A program made the position numbers and the translations under genes. Below, piece after piece: positions 8,089 through 15,806 of a stretch of 32,000 bases of DNA (positions within the stretch are counted from its first letter, which is position 1; each line of letters begins with the position of its first letter). The DNA is from Nostoc punctiforme PCC 73102 (GTDB lineage: Bacteria > Cyanobacteriota > Cyanobacteriia > Cyanobacteriales > Nostocaceae). The notes under the pieces were generated by a model, which was given only the letters and a program-made list of their open reading frames with translations, was not told where the DNA came from and did no database searches. The DNA is taken from NCBI RefSeq assembly GCF_000020025.1, contig NC_010628.1, positions 570,001 through 602,000 on the forward strand. Direction: 5' to 3'.

Positions 8089-11000
8089 TATTATGCTCTA
8101 AGTCAATGGCTAAAACACGAATGTAAATTTGCAAAGCCTCAGCGTAATTTTCTTGAGCTTCTAAAACCCTTCCCCACTTACCCAATGTTGCTGAAGCCAA
8201 ATACCAATCGCGGAATTGCTCATAAATTTCCCAGGTTTTTTGATAATAATCAACAGCCACATCAAACAGCCGTTGCTCTTCGGCTACCCTGCCCAGTTGG
8301 TGATAGTCACTAGCAGCACTGTACAAATCCCCGGCATCTTCATATATCTTCAGCGCCTTGTTGTAGTAATCAACAGCCACATCAAACTGCCGTTGCTCTT
8401 GGGCTACCCTGCCCAGTTGGTGATATTCTTTAGCAGCACTGTACAAATCCCCGGCATCTTCAAATATCTTCAGCGCCTTGTTGTAGTAATCAACAGCCAC
8501 ATCAAACTGCCGTTGCTCTTGGGCAATATTGCCCAGTTCGTGATATTCTTTAGCAGCACTGTACAAATCCTCGGCATCTTCAAATATCTTCAGCGCCTTG
8601 TTGTAGTAATCAACAGCCACATCAAACTGCCGTTGCTCTTGGGCTACTATGCCCAGGTTGTGATATTCTTTAGCAGCACTGTACAAATCCCCGGTATCTT
8701 CTTTTATCTTCAGCGCCTTGTTGTAGTAATCAACAGCCACATCAAACTGCCGTTGCTCTTGGGCTACCCTGCCCAGTTGGTGATAGTCACTAGCAGCACT
8801 GTACAAATCCCCGGCATCTTCATATATCTTCAGCGCCTTGTTGTAGTAATCAACAGCCACATCAAACTGCCGTTGCTCTTGGGCTACTATGCCCAGGTTG
8901 TGATAAAAAACAGCAATTTTGTCATTCACTGAAAAGTCATTTATAGCTATCAATTCATCTAAAATTTCTTGATAAACTTTTCTCGCTTCTTCCAAAGAAG
9001 CACTTTGCAGTGCTTCGTTAGCTTCATATCCTCGCAGATACATCCAGAAATCCAAAGCATCTTTACCTTTTACTTTTGCATCTGCCAAGTGAATGCCAAT
9101 TTGGTTGAGCGCCCGTTGTTGCAGGGCTTTAAATTCAGGTTTGCGCCCTAAACGCTGATACACTTCTCCCAAAGCTTGTAGAATCGATTGTGCCTCAGCC
9201 CATTCCTTTTGATGTTCGGCAAGGCGTAAGTTTTGCAACAGATTTGGTTCTTCAACTCGCAGCACAAAAGTTGCCAGTTCTGCATTGCTGATGAGTTGCT
9301 CACGGTAATAATTAGCAAACCCTGCGTATAAAATCAGCAACTTTTTTTCGAGTTCGTTAATCACCTCCTGGGAAGTAATTGTGTTTAACTGCTGACGCAA
9401 ATACCAAGGTAGTGCTGGGTGAATTTTGTAGATAGTCTCACCCAAATATTCCAAAACACCTGCGGCTGCGGCTTCATTAAAAATTCTCATCCAATCTGGT
9501 TTTTGCAAGTTCTCCCCAAACACCGCTTGATAAGCTTGTCCAAATCCATTATCAGGACTTTCTGAAAAACTATACAGCCAACCTGCATCAACCCGTTCTG
9601 AAAACAGTGCCAAAAATGGTAGATGCTGACGTGTTCGTTCCGACAACTTAGCAAAAGAATAATCCAACGACACAGTAAGAGATTTTTCTCTCCCTTCTTC
9701 CTCTTGTCCCCTAAAAGTATCCAACCCCCGCCGCAGTGCCTCAATTAACTGCACAGGTGTCTGTGTCTTCAAATGCGGTAACACCACCCGCAAAGACAAC
9801 GGATGTCCCCCCAACAATTTCAACAATTCCAAATACTCTGCTGGTAGGTTTTTTCTCTCCACGCCCACCGTTTGCAAAATCTTCGCGGCTAACTCTTGGG
9901 CATCCGCTTCAGACAACCCCCGCAAGTTGATTAAACTATACCCACAATCTAACCAAGGTTCTTCGCGGCGACTGGTAATTAATACCCAAGCTTTACCAAC
10001 CCGCAATTCTTTAAGAAACCGCTTCAGCTTGTTTCTCTCTTCCCCACTCAATAATGGTTCATTCCCCGTGGGGAAACCGTTGACAGGTTCAAAGTTATCC
10101 CAAATCAACAAGCAAGGATTAGTTTGCAGATATTGCTGCACCACATCCTCTTGCTTATCTGGCATCATTTGGGAAAATCTCTCACCTCCTAACGCCCTAC
10201 CAATTTGGTTAATTACCTGACTCAACCCCGCGCCCTGTTCAAAGGAGGTGAAGAACATACCGCTTGTACGTCCTTGGGTATCATCTAACCACCGGGCGAA
10301 ACCTGCGACTAACTCAGTCTTCCCAACGCCGCCCATTCCCTGCACTAACACAACATGATTTTGCCGAAATGCTCTCTCTAAACGCAAAATCTCATAATCT
10401 CGCCCAATAAAACCATAAGCACTTTCATCAGGTAAACCTACAGCTTTACTATTTTCTGGGGTGTTGTCTGTTTGCGCCATCAAATCGGCAAAACTGGGTG
10501 CTGTCTTTTTAGGAACAAAAGGCGTATAGGGTTCCTGCTGATACAACACCGGCACAAGCCAATCTTGTAAAGGTAAATTTCCTTTGGGACTGGGACGCAT
10601 TTTGTCAATAGACATGGACTTCCGCCCTGCTGCAACTGCTGTGGCGATACACTCTCCCCTGACTAATTCCCCATACAACCGCCCAATAAAGTGTTCTGCA
10701 CCTTTGGCGTAAACTGAATACGCCATCGCTACTACACCCTTAGCCCCCAATTTCACCAACTGTCCCGCCACAGAAGAAAAAGCTTCTTCGCCTACTTGTC
10801 CAGACTGGCAAGCATTCAGCACAAAAATTGGCACGCGACAATCCGTTAAATATTGGGCAATTTCTCTAGCGCTGACAGCTTGCTCATTTCCCTGTTCATC
10901 CTCAAAAACTAAAACTCCCTGAGTCTCGCTGTCAAAATTCCCATGTCCATCAAAATGGACGATATGATAAAAACCCTTATGCGCTTGCAGTTCCGCTTCA

Positions 11001-11623
11001 AATGCTTTCAAGCTAGGGGGACGCAATACCTTAAGATTGACTCGCTGACGTATCGGTTGCAGCGCCGCCAGCAGGGGACGGGCAATGGTTTTAAACCCAA
11101 CGTCTTGCCGATCGTAAGGACGGGCAATAACTAGTAAAATATTCAGTTGGTCATCGGGCATTGCTGGCAATGGTGCTTTTACGCCCTGACTGCTGAGACT
11201 GCGATACATTCCCGCCAGTGAAGGTGCAAGAAATTGATAATCGGGGGAATATAGCAACTCCCAAGGCAAATTCAGCACGTTGGCGTTATCAGAAATGATA
11301 CCCAGTTCACACTTATCTAGCCCTTCCCGTATCGCTTCCTGAAAAAACTCTCTTCCTTTCTCTGTACTGCGAAATACTAGCTCAAATAAATGTTGTCCCC
11401 AGTGCTGTAATTTTTGTTCAATTTTTACAGCGTTATCTGGAAAAATACCGTAAGGAAACTTTAGATAATCTTCTAAATACCAGCGCAACTCAGCCGCGTT
11501 TTCTTTATCGAAGGGTTGCTGGAAGGCGACTTCTGACGCAAAGCGAGGATTTTCATATCCGCGTTGCCAAGAAAGTTGGATTTTGTCGTTTTGATGCGTA
11601 ATCCGCAACCAATTCTGCGCCAT
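8072..11623 (-). CDS. CHAT-domain protease / NB-ARC-type STAND P-loop ATPase / TPR-repeat protein (NLR-like), with its 3' end truncated by an IS
   Basis: CHAT region with His in IVHFDGHGN and Cys in FVLNACQSG. Walker A is LVQGMGGVGKTEL and the Walker B-like motif is CLLIWDNFE. The C-terminal ~400 aa are TPR repeats, including six near-identical 40-aa units. The likely ATG is at 11623; the track ORF starts at a GTG at 11638. The last 5 codons plus the stop are read from IS sequence. Confidence 0.85.
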   Translation of the reverse strand: MAQNWLRITHQNDKIQLSWQRGYENPRFASEVAFQQPFDKENAAELRWYLEDYLKFPYGIFPDNAVKIEQKLQHWGQHLFELVFRSTEKGREFFQEAIREGLDKCELGIISDNANVLNLPWELLYSPDYQFLAPSLAGMYRSLSSQGVKAPLPAMPDDQLNILLVIARPYDRQDVGFKTIARPLLAALQPIRQRVNLKVLRPPSLKAFEAELQAHKGFYHIVHFDGHGNFDSETQGVLVFEDEQGNEQAVSAREIAQYLTDCRVPIFVLNACQSGQVGEEAFSSVAGQLVKLGAKGVVAMAYSVYAKGAEHFIGRLYGELVRGECIATAVAAGRKSMSIDKMRPSPKGNLPLQDWLVPVLYQQEPYTPFVPKKTAPSFADLMAQTDNTPENSKAVGLPDESAYGFIGRDYEILRLERAFRQNHVVLVQGMGGVGKTELVAGFARWLDDTQGRTSGMFFTSFEQGAGLSQVINQIGRALGGERFSQMMPDKQEDVVQQYLQTNPCLLIWDNFEPVNGFPTGNEPLLSGEERNKLKRFLKELRVGKAWVLITSRREEPWLDCGYSLINLRGLSEADAQELAAKILQTVGVERKNLPAEYLELLKLLGGHPLSLRVVLPHLKTQTPVQLIEALRRGLDTFRGQEEEGREKSLTVSLDYSFAKLSERTRQHLPFLALFSERVDAGWLYSFSESPDNGFGQAYQAVFGENLQKPDWMRIFNEAAAAGVLEYLGETIYKIHPALPWYLRQQLNTITSQEVINELEKKLLILYAGFANYYREQLISNAELATFVLRVEEPNLLQNLRLAEHQKEWAEAQSILQALGEVYQRLGRKPEFKALQQRALNQIGIHLADAKVKGKDALDFWMYLRGYEANEALQSASLEEARKVYQEILDELIAINDFSVNDKIAVFYHNLGIVAQEQRQFDVAVDYYNKALKIYEDAGDLYSAASDYHQLGRVAQEQRQFDVAVDYYNKALKIKEDTGDLYSAAKEYHNLGIVAQEQRQFDVAVDYYNKALKIFEDAEDLYSAAKEYHELGNIAQEQRQFDVAVDYYNKALKIFEDAGDLYSAAKEYHQLGRVAQEQRQFDVAVDYYNKALKIYEDAGDLYSAASDYHQLGRVAEEQRLFDVAVDYYQKTWEIYEQFRDWYLASATLGKWGRVLEAQENYAEALQIYIRVLAIDLEHNRLVGK
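8161..8932 (-). repeat. Intragenic tandem 120-bp (40-codon) TPR-encoding repeats
   Basis: Five complete units lie at 8281, 8401, 8521, 8641 and 8761, with diverged flanking units. Unit 8281-8400 equals unit 8761-8880 at 119/120 nt. The distal 90 nt of each unit differ at only about 5 positions, clustered at 8331-8344 of the first unit. Confidence 0.9.
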
Positions 11624-11764
11624 ACCTACCGCCAACACTAGTTTAGATGCTACTTTATCTTAGTCATTCACGCAGAGGTTAGCTGATTACGCAAATGAAA
11701 TCAGTTAATTTGCGTCAAATCGTGGCGAATTGAGGGTTTAAATTTAAACGCATAGGCGCTTCTT

Positions 11765-11811
11765 TACGAGACGCTACGCGAACGCCTTCCCGCAGGGTAG
11801 GGGCGCAAAGG
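11765..11811. repeat. Copy of a dispersed intergenic repeat (core TACGAGACGCTACGCG)
   Basis: The exact 16-mer recurs at 29097-29112. A one-mismatch inverted copy lies at 20568-20583. The associated GGGCGCAAAGG motif is also shared with 20552-20562. Confidence 0.7.
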
Positions 11812-11923
11812 TAAGCGCAGAGGAACGCAGAGAATTAGCTACGAATTAATGAAATTTTGTACTAAGCTTTTAATTCAGTACAGATACAGCGATAATTTAC
11901 TCAAATCATCACCGAGTTATTTC

Positions 11924-13051
11924 ATGCTGCCAGTTATTCAAAGCATTGTATTACGTCAAATGGCTTCGGGCGATCGCCTTTACTTACAACTATACAAATT
12001 CATCGGCGCTAAACCCGGTAAAAAAGTTTACATCCAAGCTAATCTGCACGGTGCTGAAATTGCTGGTAATGCCGTTATTCACCAGTTAATTGAGTTTTTA
12101 TTAACAATAAATGATACAGATTTAACTGGAGAGATTTGGTTAGTTCCCGTTTGTAATCCGATGGGGACGAATGAACGCGCTCATCATTTTTCCCCTGGAC
12201 GATATTGCATTTACGAAGCCAAAGATTGGAATCGGATATTTTGGGACTATGAGAAAGAAGCTGATGATTTAGTAGCTTTTACTAAATCTCAACTTCATAT
12301 CGATCTAGAGGTCGTTCGACAAAATTATCTAACTATAATTAAGCAACAATTTGCGAAAGTTTTAGAAAAAATTAATTCTTCTAATGGTGTTCCTTACACT
12401 GAGATTTTTGCCTACAAGCTACAAAACCTGAGTTTAGATGCAGACTACTTAATTGATTTACATAGTTCTACCAATCAAGCTTTAGACTACGTTTATTACT
12501 TCCGAAATCGAGAAGACAGTGCCAAATACTTTCTACTCGATTTCGGAATCTTACTTAATAAATATGATGGTGACGCTTTTGATGAAGCTTTTATCAAACC
12601 TTGGTTAGCACTGGAAGCTTGTTTTAAAGAGTTTGGTAGAGAAATCAAGTTTGATGTGGAAGCTTGGACACTGGAATTAGGCTCAGGTATGCAAATGAAT
12701 TCTGATTCAGTCGCTAAAGGTATACAGGGTGTGAAAAACTATTTAGCTCAAAAAGGTGTACTGCAAATTCCTGATTTATCAGATGATATAAAAACCCATG
12801 AAATGACTTTTGCATCTAGCAGTAACCGGGAAAAATATTATGCGATCGCAGGTGGCATGATTCAATCGAGAATAGCATTAGGTAGCAAAGTCAAAACTGG
12901 AGAAAAGCTGTATCAAATTCTCAGTTTTAATAAAGAAGGTCAACTACCTACTGTCATTGATGTCTGCGCTCAACATGATGGATTAGTTTATGATGTCGCA
13001 ACTAATCAGGCTGTGAATGAAGGCGAGTTTGTATTGGGGATTATTAGTTAG
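11924..13051 (+). CDS. Succinylglutamate desuccinylase/aspartoacylase (AstE/AspA, M14-like zinc hydrolase) family protein
   Basis: The segment YIQANLHGAEIAGNAVIHQL...LVPVCNPMG resembles the metal-binding HxxE region of this family. The track ORF starts at 11849; I prefer the in-frame ATG at 11924 (MLPVIQSI...), but the start is uncertain. Confidence 0.7.
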   Translation: MLPVIQSIVLRQMASGDRLYLQLYKFIGAKPGKKVYIQANLHGAEIAGNAVIHQLIEFLLTINDTDLTGEIWLVPVCNPMGTNERAHHFSPGRYCIYEAKDWNRIFWDYEKEADDLVAFTKSQLHIDLEVVRQNYLTIIKQQFAKVLEKINSSNGVPYTEIFAYKLQNLSLDADYLIDLHSSTNQALDYVYYFRNREDSAKYFLLDFGILLNKYDGDAFDEAFIKPWLALEACFKEFGREIKFDVEAWTLELGSGMQMNSDSVAKGIQGVKNYLAQKGVLQIPDLSDDIKTHEMTFASSSNREKYYAIAGGMIQSRIALGSKVKTGEKLYQILSFNKEGQLPTVIDVCAQHDGLVYDVATNQAVNEGEFVLGIIS

Positions 13052-13133
13052 GACATGGGGCATTGGGCATAGATATTCATGTAATTTTCATCACATACTA
13101 AACATGAAAATTTCTTTCCCTAAATCATCACAA

Positions 13134-13202
13134 AGACGCGATAAATCGCCGTCTCTACAAAAAGACTAATTATTATTGTAGAGACGGCGATTCATCGCGT
13201 CT
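13134..13202. terminator. Long hairpin between convergent genes
   Basis: agacgcgataaatcgccgtctctacaa pairs with ttgtagagacggcgattcatcgcgtct (27-bp stem, one mismatch, 15-nt loop), between the 13051 (+) stop and the pfkA (-) stop. Confidence 0.6.
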
Positions 13203-13228
13203 CTTGCCTTAACCGAAGAGTATTGAGT

Positions 13229-14326
13229 TTAGTCTCCTAAATAAATACCCATACCATGAGCGGTTTTAACTAAAGTACCATTGGGATCGACGGCGCTATA
13301 TTGAGCGATCGCTTCTGTAATTGGTACACTTAATACTTGGCGATTTTGCCAAGTCACCATGCGATCATATTTATCCTCGGCAATTAGATTAACCGCCGCT
13401 ACGCCAAAGGCTGTTGCAACTAATCTATCCAGTGGTGAAGCAGTTCCACCTCGTTGAATGTGTCCTAAAACAGTAACTCGCGTTTCTACACCGATGTGTT
13501 CAATAATTTTATCTGCTAAATACTCACCAATTCCACCGTATCGAGATTGACCTAAGCGATTTGTAATCGTCACATTTTCTCCATCGTGGGTACGAACCGC
13601 TTCAGAAACAATTATCAAACAATAGTTTTTGCCTTTCTCTTGGCGTTCTTTAATTTTGTGGCAAATATGCTCAACTGTGTAAGGAATTTCGGGAATTAAA
13701 ATTACATTTGCTCCCCCCGCAATTCCCGCAGCTATTGCTATGTGTCCAGCATCACGCCCCATCACTTCTAAAATCATGACTCGGCTATGACTTGCAGCAG
13801 TAAAATGCAACCTATCTAATGCTTCTGTGGCAATATTGACTGCTGTATCAAACCCGATGGCATGTTCAGTAACACCAATATCGTTATCAATGGTTTTGGG
13901 AATACCTACTAGATTAATGCCACCTTGTTGGGCGAGACGGCGAAGAATTGCCAAACTACCATCACCGCCAATACCAATCAAAGCGTCTAAACCTAGCTCA
14001 TGATAACCTGCAATAATTTCTTCAGAGCGATCGCATAAACTCCCATCCGTCATTGGAAAAGCAAAGGGGTCGCCTTTATTGGTTGTCCCCAACATTGTGC
14101 CACCCGCAGTTAATAACGAGTCAACTTGATCGATTTCCAGTTTTGTGAATTGTGGGGGACGTGCCATTAATCCTAGAGTCGCTTGACGAATTCCCAAAAC
14201 TTCCCAGCCGTAAGTATCCACTGCACAATTTACTACAGCCCTAATCACAGCATTTAAGCCAGAACAATCACCTCCACTGGTAAGAATTCCAATGCGTTTG
14301 GGTTCTCCCATATTTTTTATTGACAT
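13229..14326 (-). CDS. pfkA: ATP-dependent 6-phosphofructokinase
   Basis: RIGILTSGGDCSGLNAVIRAVV, IGGDGS, PKTIDNDI and MGRDAGHIA are canonical PfkA motifs. Confidence 0.9.
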   Translation of the reverse strand: MSIKNMGEPKRIGILTSGGDCSGLNAVIRAVVNCAVDTYGWEVLGIRQATLGLMARPPQFTKLEIDQVDSLLTAGGTMLGTTNKGDPFAFPMTDGSLCDRSEEIIAGYHELGLDALIGIGGDGSLAILRRLAQQGGINLVGIPKTIDNDIGVTEHAIGFDTAVNIATEALDRLHFTAASHSRVMILEVMGRDAGHIAIAAGIAGGANVILIPEIPYTVEHICHKIKERQEKGKNYCLIIVSEAVRTHDGENVTITNRLGQSRYGGIGEYLADKIIEHIGVETRVTVLGHIQRGGTASPLDRLVATAFGVAAVNLIAEDKYDRMVTWQNRQVLSVPITEAIAQYSAVDPNGTLVKTAHGMGIYLGD

Positions 14327-14407
14327 TTTGATCCAGATATATTGAGTAGTCGATGAAACTTAAGCCAAAATTAGCAACAGATTAAACCTAAGTTAATGCT
14401 CCTTAGT

Positions 14408-14606
14408 AATGCCAAAGTAATTTTATGTTTGTTTTGTATCTAAAAACAAAACAAAGTTATCTTAGCTGTAAAATATAGGTGTAGAGCCAGTAGTAGATTA
14501 AACCTCGGCAAAAGCAATCCCTAAAAATGCCAGGGGAATTTTATGCTTGTTTTGTGTCTAAGAAAAAACCAAGTTATCCCAGCTGTAAAATATGAGGGTG
14601 GAGCCA
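14408..14606 (+). repeat. Two ~81-nt direct repeats (14408-14489 and 14526-14606) covering the era 5' region
   Basis: Both copies read aatgcca..aattttatgYttgttttgtRtctaa..aagttatcYYagctgtaaaataTRgGgtGgagcca. Copy 2 contains the era ATG, while copy 1 has ATA at the equivalent position. Confidence 0.75.
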
Positions 14607-15566
14607 AAGGTGACTAGTATTGATAATTACAACTTCTCTTTTTCAGGAGAAGTAACAATCCCACAGGCTCCTCCTGATTTTAAATCAGGTTTTATCGGCA
14701 TTGTTGGTCGCCCAAATGTCGGTAAATCTACTTTGATGAATCAATTAGTAGGACAAAAAATAGCCATTACATCACCAATAGCGCAAACTACACGTAACCG
14801 TTTGCGCGGTATATTAACTACGCCAGAGGCGCAGTTAATTTTTGTAGATACGCCAGGAATTCATAAGCCCCATCATCAATTGGGGGAAGTGTTGGTGCAA
14901 AATGCCAAAATTGCCATTGAATCGGTAGATGTAGTCCTATTTGTGGTAGATGGAGCAGTAGCTTGTGGTTCGGGCGATCGCTATATTGCCGAATTGCTCA
15001 GTCGCAGCAAAACCCCGGTGATTCTGGGCGTGAACAAAACCGACCAACAACCGTCTGATTCTCAGTTTCTAGATGATAGTTACGCTCAGATGGCCCAGTC
15101 ACATGAATGGGAAATTGTGAAATTTTCTGCCAAGACGAGTGCAGGATTACCGCAACTTCAAGAATTATTAATTGAACATTTAGAAATTGGGCCGTTATAC
15201 TACCCGCCAGATTTGATAACAGACCAGCCAGAACGCTTTATTATGGGTGAATTAATCAGAGAACAAATTTTATTATTGACTCGTGAAGAAGTACCCCATT
15301 CAGTAGCGATCGCCATTGACTTAGTAGAAGAAACTCCCAGCATTACTCGTGTACTTGCTACCATCAACGTTGAGCGCGATTCCCAAAAAGGCATACTCAT
15401 TGGCAAAGGCGGAGCGATGCTCAAAGCAATTGGTAGTGAAGCCCGCGAACAAATCCAAAAGTTAATCGCTGGCAAAGTTTACCTCGAATTGTTTGTCAAA
15501 GTCCAACCAAAATGGCGACAGTCGCGCATTAGTTTAGCAGAGTTAGGCTATCGCGTGGAAGAATAA
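14592..15566 (+). CDS. era: GTPase Era
   Basis: G1 is GRPNVGKST, G3 is DTPG and G4 is NKTD. The C-terminal KH-like region contains GKGGAMLK. The start is uncertain; a GTG at 14610 is also in frame. Confidence 0.9.
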   Translation: MRVEPKVTSIDNYNFSFSGEVTIPQAPPDFKSGFIGIVGRPNVGKSTLMNQLVGQKIAITSPIAQTTRNRLRGILTTPEAQLIFVDTPGIHKPHHQLGEVLVQNAKIAIESVDVVLFVVDGAVACGSGDRYIAELLSRSKTPVILGVNKTDQQPSDSQFLDDSYAQMAQSHEWEIVKFSAKTSAGLPQLQELLIEHLEIGPLYYPPDLITDQPERFIMGELIREQILLLTREEVPHSVAIAIDLVEETPSITRVLATINVERDSQKGILIGKGGAMLKAIGSEAREQIQKLIAGKVYLELFVKVQPKWRQSRISLAELGYRVEE

Positions 15567-15596
15567 ATTAGTCATTGGTCATTAGTCATTGGTCAC
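15567..15596. repeat. STRR-type heptamer array (ATTAGTC/ATTGGTC)
   Basis: About four tandem heptamers directly after the era stop. They are the inverse complement of the array at 15734-15788. Confidence 0.8.
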
Positions 15597-15733
15597 TTAT
15601 ACTGAGTTTCGACTGCGCGGAAATCGAGCGAAGTCGAGATTCAACTACCGCGTAGTCGTAAAGTCTGCGGCATAGCTAGGCTTAGGACGCAGCCTTTCCA
15701 AGAGTTGTATTGGTTAAAAAGGCAAAGGAGAAA

Positions 15734-15788
15734 GGACAAATGACTAATGACTAATGACTAATGACAAAGGACAAATGACTAATGACTC
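15734..15788. repeat. STRR-type heptamer array (TGACTAA/GGACAAA)
   Basis: About eight tandem heptamers, inverted relative to 15567-15596. Confidence 0.8.
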
Positions 15789-15806
15789 TTAATAAATAAA
15801 TAATTA

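Noticed and set aside
8216-8932. 238-aa plus-strand ORF with striking internal repeats
   Set aside because: It is the antisense shadow of the 120-bp TPR repeats of the minus-strand STAND gene. The sense frame has clear CHAT, P-loop and TPR motifs, and the plus-strand product is low-complexity repeat text.
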